DNA from: a virus | Direction: 5' to 3' (one strand) | Virus record (IMG/VR): IMGVR_UViG_3300046454_000825 | Location: 1-64,000 of that record | DNA length: 64,000 bases | In this document: positions 1 through 8,740 of the stretch, one piece after another | How the letters are laid out: every line of letters starts with the position of its first letter | Numbering within the stretch: position 1 is the stretch's first letter | Made by a program: the position numbers and the translations under genes | Notes under the pieces: generated by a model | The model's input: the letters and a program-made list of their open reading frames with translations, nothing else | What the model was told of the DNA's origin: nothing | The model's database searches: none

Positions 1-2
1 TC

Positions 3-608
3 CGGCGCTACATGATCGAGCGCTTCCGGCCGAAGCAGATCCGCGAAGTGAACTACGCGCTCGCCTACCACTTCGGCAACAAGCTCATGAGCTACGGCAT
101 GGATGAGACCGGCCTGGGCCTGCCGATGTACCAGGAGATGGAGGATGACGAGAACGCACCGCCCCGTCTGCTCGATGTCAGCCGCGGCTACTTCTTCAAC
201 GCCAACGTACCGGTCGCTGTCGAGAAGGAGTTCGTGATCGAAGACTCCAAGGGGCAGATGCGCGATCAGTACGGCTCGGCCGTCAAGGAGGAGTACGACG
301 AGCTCAGTGGGGAACGGCGGCTGGTGACATTCATGCCAATGCTGGAGTCCTCCACTCGCTACGTGCGCAGTTGGATCGACAACGGCAAGCTACTGCTCCC
401 ATTCGATCCGGATCTGGTCTCCGACTTCCAAGGTGAGACCCATCAGCGCGTGAAAGCAGTCGGCCAGCGTGTCGGCTCCCGTAACAAGGGAAACGCCTTC
501 CACATTCTCGACTCCGTGCGGGCTGCAGCTCAGGCCGAGCACTCCGACAAGGTGGAGGCCGAAATGGAAGGAGAGTTCGTCGAGGACGTGCTCGACTACG
601 CGGGATGA
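3..608 (+). CDS. terL: Terminase large subunit, C-terminal nuclease domain (5' truncated by window edge)
   Basis: Frame is open from the window start; GMDETGLG and FHILDSVR resemble the RNase H-like terminase nuclease motifs; lies upstream of the portal. Confidence 0.75.
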   Translation, partial: RRYMIERFRPKQIREVNYALAYHFGNKLMSYGMDETGLGLPMYQEMEDDENAPPRLLDVSRGYFFNANVPVAVEKEFVIEDSKGQMRDQYGSAVKEEYDELSGERRLVTFMPMLESSTRYVRSWIDNGKLLLPFDPDLVSDFQGETHQRVKAVGQRVGSRNKGNAFHILDSVRAAAQAEHSDKVEAEMEGEFVEDVLDYAG

Positions 609-1009
609 CCTACAAAGAAGTACAAGAAGTAGTTGAGGAAATCTCGAAACTTCACATCCCGGAGTGGAAAGATCACGGTGTCAAAGAGAAAATCGAAGCG
701 CTGGAAGATCATCTTCTGCGCACCGCGCGCGCGCGAGGCATACTCGAAGAAGCCCGCCTTGGCCTTGAGGACGTGTACGAAGAAATTGACGTCAAGTGGC
801 GAGGCTTGGAGGGCTGGGAAATGTATCTGCGCAACAAGCCCAAGAGCCAGGTCGAGATCGACGACGCCAAAGGGCAGGCCGACCCGGAGCTCCACTCCGA
901 GCGCCGGCTATGCATCAAACTGCTGAGGCAGGTGGGGAACCAGATCCGCAGGCTCGAAAAAGACGACGCCGCGGCGAGTCGGATCTACACCATGCTGACG
1001 GGAAGTTAG
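605..1009 (+). CDS. Hypothetical helical/coiled-coil protein
   Basis: ATGA overlap with terL; charged helical sequence. Confidence 0.7.
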   Translation: MTYKEVQEVVEEISKLHIPEWKDHGVKEKIEALEDHLLRTARARGILEEARLGLEDVYEEIDVKWRGLEGWEMYLRNKPKSQVEIDDAKGQADPELHSERRLCIKLLRQVGNQIRRLEKDDAAASRIYTMLTGS

Positions 1010-1143
1010 CGAGCTGACCCGGACCCCCGCAGAAGAGAGGCTCGACCCCGATCCGGTGGGTTGCCGAGCTTCTGTCTTAGCCTGATCCCCGCGTACCCGC
1101 CGAAGCGGTCTCGGCGAGGGGCCGTGGCGTGTTCGCCAGCTCG
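1010..1143. ncRNA. Candidate structured RNA (multi-stem intergenic element)
   Basis: CGAGCTG(1010-1016)/CAGCTCG(1137-1143) closing stem; internal CAGAAG..GCTCG/CGAGCTTCTG and CGCCGA/TCGGCG stems. Confidence 0.35.
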
Positions 1144-1145
1144 AC

Positions 1146-1155
1146 TCGTACATTA
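1146..1155 (+). promoter_or_regulatory. Late-promoter motif TCGTAnATTA, copy 1 (TCGTACATTA)
   Basis: One of five copies; 6 nt upstream of ATG 1162; no SD (leaderless spacing). Confidence 0.7.
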
Positions 1156-1161
1156 CACGAC

Positions 1162-1749
1162 ATGTACTCCGGAGTGCAGTGTTTCTGGGTTGAGCCCAAC
1201 GGCAAAGCCGATCGGTCGCTGCGTCGCTATGGCGGCGAGGGCTGCCCGCTGAGGGAGGGTGCATACACCAGCTCCCACAACGCCAGCGTCGACATCGGCC
1301 AGTTCGACGTCATCAGGACGGAGCCCAACGACGAGGGCATCCGGTACATAGCTTCGATCCCGGTCGATGAGTACCTTGGCGACCCCCGCTGGCCGACGCA
1401 TTGCGAGTGCGGCTACGAGTTCCAGGCCGACGACAAGTGGCAGGTCAACCAGGATGAGATCTACATCGCCGAGGATGGCCGGCAGACCTACATCAGGGCC
1501 GCTCTCGGCCGCAAGCCGCTCCCAGGAGCCATGTTCGACACCTTCTGGAGGCCGAACGCCCGGAAAGAGGACGGCCTGGCGATCTCCGTGATCCTCCCGA
1601 ATGGCCTGGACTGGTGCATCGACGGCGAGGCCAGCAGCGGCGGCTTCTGGGAGCGGACGGGCACGCCGCCCAATCTGACGGTCTCCCCGTCGATCCAGGG
1701 CGGCGACTACCACGGATACCTGCGGGATGGCGCTCTGACGGACGGGTAG
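1162..1749 (+). CDS. Cys/His-containing protein with DUF6527-like C-terminus
   Basis: W..TG.PP.LTVSPSI...YHGYLRDG motif recalled from DUF6527-type proteins; start re-assigned to ATG 1162 from the promoter spacing. Confidence 0.55.
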   Translation: MYSGVQCFWVEPNGKADRSLRRYGGEGCPLREGAYTSSHNASVDIGQFDVIRTEPNDEGIRYIASIPVDEYLGDPRWPTHCECGYEFQADDKWQVNQDEIYIAEDGRQTYIRAALGRKPLPGAMFDTFWRPNARKEDGLAISVILPNGLDWCIDGEASSGGFWERTGTPPNLTVSPSIQGGDYHGYLRDGALTDG

Positions 1750-1913
1750 CGAGAGACGCGCATCGAGCTCTCGCAAGGGGCGGAGCCGCGCTGCGTCTCT
1801 CTCGTCGGCCGAAGCCCCTTGACCATAGACAAGGAGCGAGCCTTCGTGCCGGGCACCTTAACTTAGTCATCCGATGGCTAAATTGCCGTCAACGGGGTCT
1901 AGTCCGAGCGGAA

Positions 1914-1923
1914 TCGTAGATTA
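1914..1923 (+). promoter_or_regulatory. Late-promoter motif copy 2 (TCGTAGATTA)
   Basis: 5 nt upstream of the portal ATG 1929. Confidence 0.7.
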
Positions 1924-1928
1924 GGTCC

Positions 1929-4103
1929 ATGGATCTGGTTCTTCCGCCTGGCGTGTCGCCGGGCTTTCTTGACGGCGAGCCGGGTCCTATGGGCGAGGGG
2001 CCGGACGGCGTCGTCATCGACAACCAGACCGGCCTGCCCGACGACTTCATCGGCGACGCGACCCGGACGTTCATAGAGGAGAACTCATCTTTCGGGCCGC
2101 AGGTGATGGACTACCAGTTCTACAGCGGCGCGGGCTCTTCGATCATGACGCGCACCGAGTTCCGGCAGCCGTCGACGATCGTCGAGGAGATCCGCGTCGC
2201 GCGCCACCTGGCCGAGCGAGACGATGACGTCGCCGCGGTCATGGGCGAGATGATCGGCACCGCGTTCTCAGAAGGCCTGGAAACCCAGCATGCCGACGAG
2301 AAAACCAAAGCGATCTTCTGCGCGATCAACGAGGAGATGGACATCGAGGCGGTCCTCTCGGAGATGTACCGCGAGTGGCTGATCGCCAGCCAGGTCAACA
2401 CTGCGATGCTCTTCAGCCGCAGCAACCTCGAATACGAGATGAGCGAGGCGACGCGGACCCTGAACGTCTCGGCCGCGGTCCCGCGCGTGGGCGTGCTGGC
2501 CTCCGAGAACATCCGCGTGCTCGGCAACGACACCTTCGGCACCGGCACGCTGGCCTACGACCCCGACAACGAGAAACTGCGGATCTGGCTGCGCGAGTAC
2601 TTCGACAAAGGCACGAGCGTCGCTCGCAAAGCCGAAATGGGCAGGCAGGACCGAATCGCGGCGAACCTCTTCACGGCTCAGATCTACGTCAACCCCTTCG
2701 AAGTGGACATGCCGTCGACGACGACGGGCGTCCTCTACCTGCTGAACCCCCAGATCGTCCAGCGATCGACGATGCCGAAGGGCTCTTGGCGCTACCCGCG
2801 TCCGTTGCTGACGCGCAACTTCCCACTCCTGGAGGCCAAGAGACTCCTGAACATCATGGATTTCGCGCTGCTGCAGGGCGGCTCGAACTTCATCGTGGTG
2901 GCGAAGAAGGGCTCCGACAAACGGCCAGCGCGCCCCAACGAGGTGGCCAACCTGCGCGAGGTGATCCGCCGTTCCTCGAAAACGGGCGTCATCGTCGGCG
3001 ATCACCGCCTGTCCTTCGAGATCATCACCCCCAAACTCGACGAGCTCCTCAACCCGACCAAGCGCCGGCTGATCGGCCGCAAACTGGTCATGGGCATGAT
3101 GCGCGTGGCCGACCACGGCGACGACAAAGGCTCCGAAACGGCGAAGGCAGAGACCGAGACCTACGGCCGGGTGATCTCCTGGGACCGGGCGGCGATCGCC
3201 CGCCACATGAAACGGAACGTCTACAAGGAGACCGCCCGGCGCAACTCCAGCATCCTCAAAGGGCCGGCGTCGCTGTGGTTCCCGAAAGTCATTCTCCAGG
3301 GCACGCAGTATTTCACCGACTTCGTGTTGAAATTGCGCGACCGCGGAGATATTCCTCGCAAGGCGGCGGTGCAGGCAGCGGGCTTCGACTACGAGGCTGG
3401 ACTCGCGCAGCGCAAACGCGAGCTCGCCAACGGCGACGACGCCGTGCTGATCCCGGGGATGGTGCCGCACAGCTCCCCCGAACAGCCCGGCCAGCAGCCC
3501 AGCCCGAACGACAACGGCGGTGGCAGGCCTCCCGGCGGCGGTCCCGAAGACGCCTACCGCGGCAAACGGGTGATCGCTAAAAACGCCGGCGAGACGATCA
3601 AAGCGTGGCTCGACGATGACCCGGAGATCAATCAGGTCGTGCGCATGGGCGAGATCACCCTCGGGATGCTGGAGGAGTACTCCGATCGCGACGTGGGCCG
3701 CATGACGGGCAACGAGCGCACCGCACTCGACCTCACCGAGCCGACCCAGATCGCCACAACCGTCTACGTCCCGGTCAACCCCGGCTACATGGTCAACGAC
3801 GTGAAAGCCGTGCGCCTGGCCGACGGCCTCTCCGCGCTGATCGGCACCGAGGTCGCCAGCGACGCGATCGTCACCAAAGTGCTCTGCTTCCGCGAGCCGC
3901 AGTTCACCCTCAAAGAGGCCGAGGAGATGGCGCTGCGCTGGGGATTCGTCACCCGTGAGATGCCCCAGCTTGCGCCGCCGGCGGACCCGGAGGAGACGGC
4001 AGCCGTGCCGCCCGTGAACATCAACTTCAACCTGCCGGAGAGCGTGATCAAGTACCTCGAAGGGCTGGCGGGCGGCAACATCGACCCAGGGGACGGTTCG
4101 TAA
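1929..4103 (+). CDS. Portal protein with C-terminal extension
   Basis: 724 aa, between terminase and protease/capsid genes; Pro/Gly-rich linker (PGQQPSPNDNGGGRPPGG) followed by an extra domain. Confidence 0.7.
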   Translation: MDLVLPPGVSPGFLDGEPGPMGEGPDGVVIDNQTGLPDDFIGDATRTFIEENSSFGPQVMDYQFYSGAGSSIMTRTEFRQPSTIVEEIRVARHLAERDDDVAAVMGEMIGTAFSEGLETQHADEKTKAIFCAINEEMDIEAVLSEMYREWLIASQVNTAMLFSRSNLEYEMSEATRTLNVSAAVPRVGVLASENIRVLGNDTFGTGTLAYDPDNEKLRIWLREYFDKGTSVARKAEMGRQDRIAANLFTAQIYVNPFEVDMPSTTTGVLYLLNPQIVQRSTMPKGSWRYPRPLLTRNFPLLEAKRLLNIMDFALLQGGSNFIVVAKKGSDKRPARPNEVANLREVIRRSSKTGVIVGDHRLSFEIITPKLDELLNPTKRRLIGRKLVMGMMRVADHGDDKGSETAKAETETYGRVISWDRAAIARHMKRNVYKETARRNSSILKGPASLWFPKVILQGTQYFTDFVLKLRDRGDIPRKAAVQAAGFDYEAGLAQRKRELANGDDAVLIPGMVPHSSPEQPGQQPSPNDNGGGRPPGGGPEDAYRGKRVIAKNAGETIKAWLDDDPEINQVVRMGEITLGMLEEYSDRDVGRMTGNERTALDLTEPTQIATTVYVPVNPGYMVNDVKAVRLADGLSALIGTEVASDAIVTKVLCFREPQFTLKEAEEMALRWGFVTREMPQLAPPADPEETAAVPPVNINFNLPESVIKYLEGLAGGNIDPGDGS

Positions 4104-4107
4104 ATTA
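4098..4107 (+). promoter_or_regulatory. Late-promoter motif copy 3 (TCGTAAATTA), overlapping the portal stop codon
   Basis: 5 nt upstream of ATG 4113. Confidence 0.7.
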
Positions 4108-4112
4108 CGATC

Positions 4113-5390
4113 ATGGACGCCGTCGGCTTCATCACCAATCTGAGAGGCGTAGAGGAGGTCCAGGCCCGGCGTCTGTTCGTCGACCACGATGAACGGATCG
4201 CAGCGGTGGAGGCTGGCGGCGGCTCCCAGGCTGAGACCGAAGTGAAAGTCATCAACCTGGGGAGTGACTGGTCGGGAGGGGATCTGCTCGGCGCGCGCGT
4301 TAGTTCCCCGCCGAAATCTCATAAGCTCGACCTTCGAGACGGCACTGCAGCGTCGCCCGCCAAGTCTGGCGTCACCGCGAGTATCAGCCGCACAGACTCC
4401 ACGAGCAGAGCCGAACTGAACGAAATCGGCCCGACCGGCACCGACGGTCCCGACGGTGCATCAGCGATGCGGATCACGATCAAGGGGACGCCGGCGTCGC
4501 AGGTGCAGATCACAGCCCTCACTCTTCGCGCGTGGCAGACCGGCACCGAAAACGGTGGAGAAGTCAGCGCGGACGCCACGCCGCTGATGTCACTTTCCCG
4601 GGTGTCGGGTAGCGGCATGGGCCGCGCGATCGCCGCTTACTTCGAGACGGTGCGAGAAACCGCGACGTCCGGTGGGCAGCAGGGGCTGGAGATCCGGGTC
4701 AAGAACGAATCCGGCGAAGACGACTCCTACCTGACCAGCGGTGGTTCGAAGTCGATGGGGCTCTGGATCTGCGCCAGCGGCTTGAAACGTGCCGGTGCGG
4801 CCGTGCAGATCGGCCACAACTTCTCCCAGACCTTCGACGTCGGCTTCGCGGCCAATCCCGAATCGCTGGTCTCATCCTTCCTACGCGACGAGTCCGAAGC
4901 TCTGCGCTCGCTCTTCATCCGCGGCAAACACGAAAAAGGCGCGATCGTCGTCAACAAGGAAGCCGGCCATGTGATCATCGGCCGAGAAGAAGCCCAGCAG
5001 GCCACGCCGCTGCTCGAAGTCTATTCCGAATCGGGAACCGATCCGATTGTCAGCTTCGGCAGCGACAAAGGCGTCAGTCACCGCGCTCAGTTGATCCGGA
5101 ACTCGACCGGCAACCTCGGTGCCTTCGCCTCCAACATCGAAAACGGCTTCCTCACCGGGACCAAACAGGGTGACACCGGCCTCACCTTCACCGCCGGCAA
5201 GACCTTCCATATCGGTGCGGTGGGGAAAACCTCCCAGATCCGTGTGGAAGAAGCGAAACTTGGCTTCTACGGCGTCGCCCCCGTGGCAAGGGCTGGAGCG
5301 ATCTCTTCACCTGCTGCCGAAGTCGCGCCGCTGAAGACCGCCGTCGATGCAATCCGCGTAGCCCTCACCAACGTCGGGATCACCTCATGA
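4113..5390 (+). CDS. Putative head-fibre / virion appendage protein
   Basis: Gly/Ser/Thr-rich beta-type body; C-terminal LGFYGVAP...AIRVALTNVGIT resembles fibre terminal motifs; sits in the head module. Confidence 0.45.
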   Translation: MDAVGFITNLRGVEEVQARRLFVDHDERIAAVEAGGGSQAETEVKVINLGSDWSGGDLLGARVSSPPKSHKLDLRDGTAASPAKSGVTASISRTDSTSRAELNEIGPTGTDGPDGASAMRITIKGTPASQVQITALTLRAWQTGTENGGEVSADATPLMSLSRVSGSGMGRAIAAYFETVRETATSGGQQGLEIRVKNESGEDDSYLTSGGSKSMGLWICASGLKRAGAAVQIGHNFSQTFDVGFAANPESLVSSFLRDESEALRSLFIRGKHEKGAIVVNKEAGHVIIGREEAQQATPLLEVYSESGTDPIVSFGSDKGVSHRAQLIRNSTGNLGAFASNIENGFLTGTKQGDTGLTFTAGKTFHIGAVGKTSQIRVEEAKLGFYGVAPVARAGAISSPAAEVAPLKTAVDAIRVALTNVGITS

Positions 5391-5665
5391 GCACTCGACC
5401 CAAAAAGCCGCGTAAACGGGCGCGCAAAGCCAAGCCGAAAAAACCAGGTGACATCCTCAAACCGGTGAAGATCACGGGGTGTGTGCTCTGGGGAGCCAGG
5501 TACAACGAGCACGGAGAACAGATCGGCGAAGAGCCGATGACCAACCCCCAGGAGCCGTTCGTCATCTGGGCACCCAACTTCCCGAAACTGAAGCAGACAA
5601 TCGACCGGGAGCTCAAGGTGGCAGAAGCCGCCGAGGCTGCCCGAGAGGCGGACGGAGATGGCTAA
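5387..5665 (+). CDS. Hypothetical protein with Lys/Arg-rich N-terminus
   Basis: ATGA coupling with the upstream gene; overlaps the next start. Confidence 0.65.
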   Translation: MSTRPKKPRKRARKAKPKKPGDILKPVKITGCVLWGARYNEHGEQIGEEPMTNPQEPFVIWAPNFPKLKQTIDRELKVAEAAEAAREADGDG

Positions 5666-7049
5666 GTTGAAGTCGACAGTGTTCGAGCGCGGCGATCGCC
5701 TCTACATCGTCTCCGAGGTGGCACCCATCCGGCCGACCGATGAGGAGATCGCGGAGTTCGCCTTCTCACAGGAGCTGATGAAACAGGCTCCCAACCCGGC
5801 GATCAAATGGCTGCAGGGACAGTTCGTCGAGGCCGACAAACCCAATCGCAACGGCCAGCAGTGGACTGAGGGTGAGGTCGCGATCAAGTCGTTGACCCCG
5901 ATGTTCATGCCCGTGACGGTAATGCACGACACCCGCTCGGCAGTCGGCCTGATCGCCGACACAAGGCTCCAGACCCCAGACGCTGATGGCGTTCCGCGTG
6001 CTCGAATCGACAACACCTTGGCGATCTGGTCGCACCGTTTCCCGGAGGTCGCAGAAGAAATCGACATCAACTACGAGAAGGGCTCGTTGATGCAGTCGAT
6101 GGAGGCTCTGTCGCCAGCCTACGACTGCGGTGAGTGCGGTAAGACCTTCGCCAAGTTGCCGGGTGGGGCCGAGCGCGCCAACTGGTGTGAGCACCTCAAG
6201 GCTGGAGAAGGTCGAGGCACTCGTATATTACGCAATGTCGTCTTCACGGGAACCGGACTCATCTTCGGAACTCAAGGTAAGACGGGGGCAAATCCCTCAG
6301 GTCACCTAGAGGTTTTCCAGGAGGAGATCGCCGAGTTTCACGAGAGGGCTCATAAAGAGACTAGGCGAACCGGTAAGCGAAGCGACACACCAAAGCGAAG
6401 GAGAAAGACTTCAATGAGCGAGATCGAGATCAGCCACGACGAGTACGCAAGTCTCCGCGAGCGTCCCTCGAAAGAGGAGCTGGCCGCGGAGAAGCAGCGT
6501 GCCGACAAGGCCACCGAGGATCTCGCGGAGGCGAACAAGAACCTGGAGCAGGCGGAGACCGCCAAGACCAAGGCTGAGGAGGAGAAAGCCGAGGTCGACA
6601 AGAAGCTCAAGGCTGCCGAAGAGGAGAAGGCCGAGGTCACGCTTCGCGCAGAGCGGATCGGCAAATTCGGCGACGGCTTCCTGCACAAGCTCGGTGAGAA
6701 CACGAAGAAGAACCTCACCGAGCAGGCCGGCACGATGGAGGAGGACGCCTGGGAGTCCAGGGTCGCCGAAGTCGAGGAGATGGCCGGCGTCAAGCGTGAC
6801 GCCAAGCTGCAGAGCAAAAAAGGCGGCGAGGACAAGGACTCGAAAGAGACCCCCGCGGCCGAGACGTCTTCAACGGAGAGCGACGACAAGGAGTTCTCCA
6901 AAGAGGAGCTGGCCTCCACCGTCGTGCTCGACGGCGACGCGGAGGACACCAGCGGAGGAGGCGGCGGCAGCGGTGAGCCGTCCGTCAACCAGCGGAAGTC
7001 CGTGATGAGAGGTCTCATCCCGGGCCGAGAGCCGGCAAAGACCGAGTAG
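5658..7049 (+). CDS. Capsid maturation protease fused to coiled-coil scaffold
   Basis: N-terminal PNRNG..MH..SME..CGECG..CEHL..FTGTGLI protease-like domain; Glu/Lys coiled-coil C-terminal half; precedes capsid genes. Confidence 0.7.
   Translation: MAKLKSTVFERGDRLYIVSEVAPIRPTDEEIAEFAFSQELMKQAPNPAIKWLQGQFVEADKPNRNGQQWTEGEVAIKSLTPMFMPVTVMHDTRSAVGLIADTRLQTPDADGVPRARIDNTLAIWSHRFPEVAEEIDINYEKGSLMQSMEALSPAYDCGECGKTFAKLPGGAERANWCEHLKAGEGRGTRILRNVVFTGTGLIFGTQGKTGANPSGHLEVFQEEIAEFHERAHKETRRTGKRSDTPKRRRKTSMSEIEISHDEYASLRERPSKEELAAEKQRADKATEDLAEANKNLEQAETAKTKAEEEKAEVDKKLKAAEEEKAEVTLRAERIGKFGDGFLHKLGENTKKNLTEQAGTMEEDAWESRVAEVEEMAGVKRDAKLQSKKGGEDKDSKETPAAETSSTESDDKEFSKEELASTVVLDGDAEDTSGGGGGSGEPSVNQRKSVMRGLIPGREPAKTE
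6221..6230 (+). promoter_or_regulatory. Late-promoter motif copy 4 (TCGTATATTA), internal to the protease gene
   Basis: Identical to the copy at 12259; about 185 nt upstream of an in-frame internal ATG with an SD. Confidence 0.6.
6414..7049 (+). CDS. Nested in-frame scaffolding protein (MSEIEIS...)
   Basis: AAGGAG at 6398-6403, ATG 6414 in frame, start coincides with the beginning of the coiled-coil half. Confidence 0.6.
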   Translation: MSEIEISHDEYASLRERPSKEELAAEKQRADKATEDLAEANKNLEQAETAKTKAEEEKAEVDKKLKAAEEEKAEVTLRAERIGKFGDGFLHKLGENTKKNLTEQAGTMEEDAWESRVAEVEEMAGVKRDAKLQSKKGGEDKDSKETPAAETSSTESDDKEFSKEELASTVVLDGDAEDTSGGGGGSGEPSVNQRKSVMRGLIPGREPAKTE

Positions 7050-7076
7050 GCCAACGGAGACCAAGGAGAAAGTTTA

Positions 7077-7649
7077 ATGTCCTTCCTAACCGAGAATTCG
7101 GGCTCCTTCGAGCTTACGTCGGTCAAAAACCTGCCCAACGCGCAGGTCGCCCATCCGGGCGAGCACTGGTCCAACCGCAAGGCCTCGGGCGCGATCGTCC
7201 CGGGTGCCGCGGTCGTGCCGCTGGCCTCGGGCTCCGCCCCGGACGCCACGATGGTGATGCGCCTGGCGAAATCCGGCGACGCCGTCACACAGCTTGCCGT
7301 CGCCCTGCGCACGGTTCAGACCCCCGACCCGAACAAGGGTCCCGGTTCACTCGGCCCGACCGAGATCATGAACCAGACCATCGCGTCCGGGGAGTACATC
7401 CACGCCCACTACACGGGCGTCCTGCGCCTCACCCTCGTCGTCCCCGACACGTACACCCCCGGCGAACTGATCGGGTGGGACGAAGCGGCGACGATGCCCG
7501 AAGGCAAGAACGGCAAAGGTGCCTGGACCAAGGACGCGAAAGCGGACGTCAAATCCGTCTTCGAAGTCATGGAGTGGGAGGAGGTCAACACGACCACCCA
7601 CGAAGGCATCTTGACCGTCCGATTCCTCCGCGGAGGCGGCGACGGCTAG
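7077..7649 (+). CDS. Head decoration / minor capsid protein
   Basis: 190 aa, beta-rich, directly before the MCP; AAGGAG RBS. Confidence 0.6.
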   Translation: MSFLTENSGSFELTSVKNLPNAQVAHPGEHWSNRKASGAIVPGAAVVPLASGSAPDATMVMRLAKSGDAVTQLAVALRTVQTPDPNKGPGSLGPTEIMNQTIASGEYIHAHYTGVLRLTLVVPDTYTPGELIGWDEAATMPEGKNGKGAWTKDAKADVKSVFEVMEWEEVNTTTHEGILTVRFLRGGGDG

Positions 7650-7722
7650 GGCCAGCGCAAGCTGACCCAGGCAAGGCAAACCCCGACGTAACTCTCAACC
7701 AAGGACCAGGAGAAAGAAAAAC

Positions 7723-8664
7723 ATGGAGCGACGAATTTTCAATCTGCTGGAGAGGGTCCAGGGCGAGAGCGACGCCGGGAAACAGGCCGACCTGAAAGAG
7801 CAGACCAACGCCGAGTTGGGTGCTCACTTCCGCCGTCACCCGCACGAGCTGGAGGAGCTTGCCTTCGACATCCTGAACCTCGTGTGGCACGACACGATGG
7901 AACAGGACATCGTCCCCCAGGTGATCGAGGTGAAAACCGTCGGTCTGGGCGAACCGGACTATGTGGAGGAGGATCTCCGCGGAGGCCGCGCCTACTGGCA
8001 GGGCAAAGGTGGCCAGATCCTCAGCGGGATCATCCGCTACGAGCGGAGCGTCATGCCCCGCGAGGAGATGGTGACCGCTCTGGACTTCCACCAGGACGAG
8101 ATCGTCACCAACTTCTGGGGCACGTTCGACAAGCTCGTCGCCCAGGCCCAGGAGAAGCTCCGTCAGCTCCCGACCACGCGACTGATCGAACTGGTCCGTG
8201 CCGGCGTCACCGGAGGCAGCCCTGTGTTCGGGGAATTCGCCTTCTCGACGCTGACCGCCGCCCAGATCGACGCCGTGATCCAGGAGGTCGCGGTCAAGTC
8301 CAAGGGTCAGGTCACGATCCTCGGGACGCAGGTCGCGGCGCGACTCCTGGCCAACGTCGGGCTGGAATTCTCGAACGAAATCAAAACCCGGATCTTCGAC
8401 ACCGGCCAGATCGGCGTCTACAAGGGCTACCCGGTCGTCCAGGTCGAGAACTTCGAGGACTTCCACGGGCACTTCGTGCTCCCCAACGACGAGCTCTGGA
8501 TCATCGGCCGCAACGCCGGCAGGCTCACCTACTACGGTGACGTCCCGAAGGTCCAGCAGCTCCGTCGAGAGGCTTTCTACACCCGGTGGGAGACCGCTCG
8601 GGACGCCGGGATGCTGCTCTACGGTGCGCCCAAGAAGCGCATTGGCCGCATCGTCCTGACATAG
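7723..8664 (+). CDS. Major capsid protein (HK97-like fold expected)
   Basis: 313 aa; IGVYKGYPVV and terminal RIGRIVLT typical of MCPs; position; AGGAG RBS. Confidence 0.75.
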   Translation: MERRIFNLLERVQGESDAGKQADLKEQTNAELGAHFRRHPHELEELAFDILNLVWHDTMEQDIVPQVIEVKTVGLGEPDYVEEDLRGGRAYWQGKGGQILSGIIRYERSVMPREEMVTALDFHQDEIVTNFWGTFDKLVAQAQEKLRQLPTTRLIELVRAGVTGGSPVFGEFAFSTLTAAQIDAVIQEVAVKSKGQVTILGTQVAARLLANVGLEFSNEIKTRIFDTGQIGVYKGYPVVQVENFEDFHGHFVLPNDELWIIGRNAGRLTYYGDVPKVQQLRREAFYTRWETARDAGMLLYGAPKKRIGRIVLT

Positions 8665-8670
8665 AAGGGC

Positions 8671-8703
8671 CTAGCGCGCCTCGGTCGTCTGGCCGGGGCG
8701 CTA
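8671..8703 (+). terminator. GC-rich hairpin after the MCP gene
   Basis: TAGCGC..CTCGGTC/GGCCGGG..GCGCTA inverted repeat; no U-tract. Confidence 0.4.
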
Positions 8704-8740
8704 CGGTGTCACGGCTCAAGCGACGGAGGAGGAGACAGGC

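Noticed and set aside
2268-4322. 684-aa minus-strand ORF (and similar long antisense or alternate-frame ORFs throughout)
   Set aside because: Shadow of the high-GC3 portal gene; no RBS or motifs
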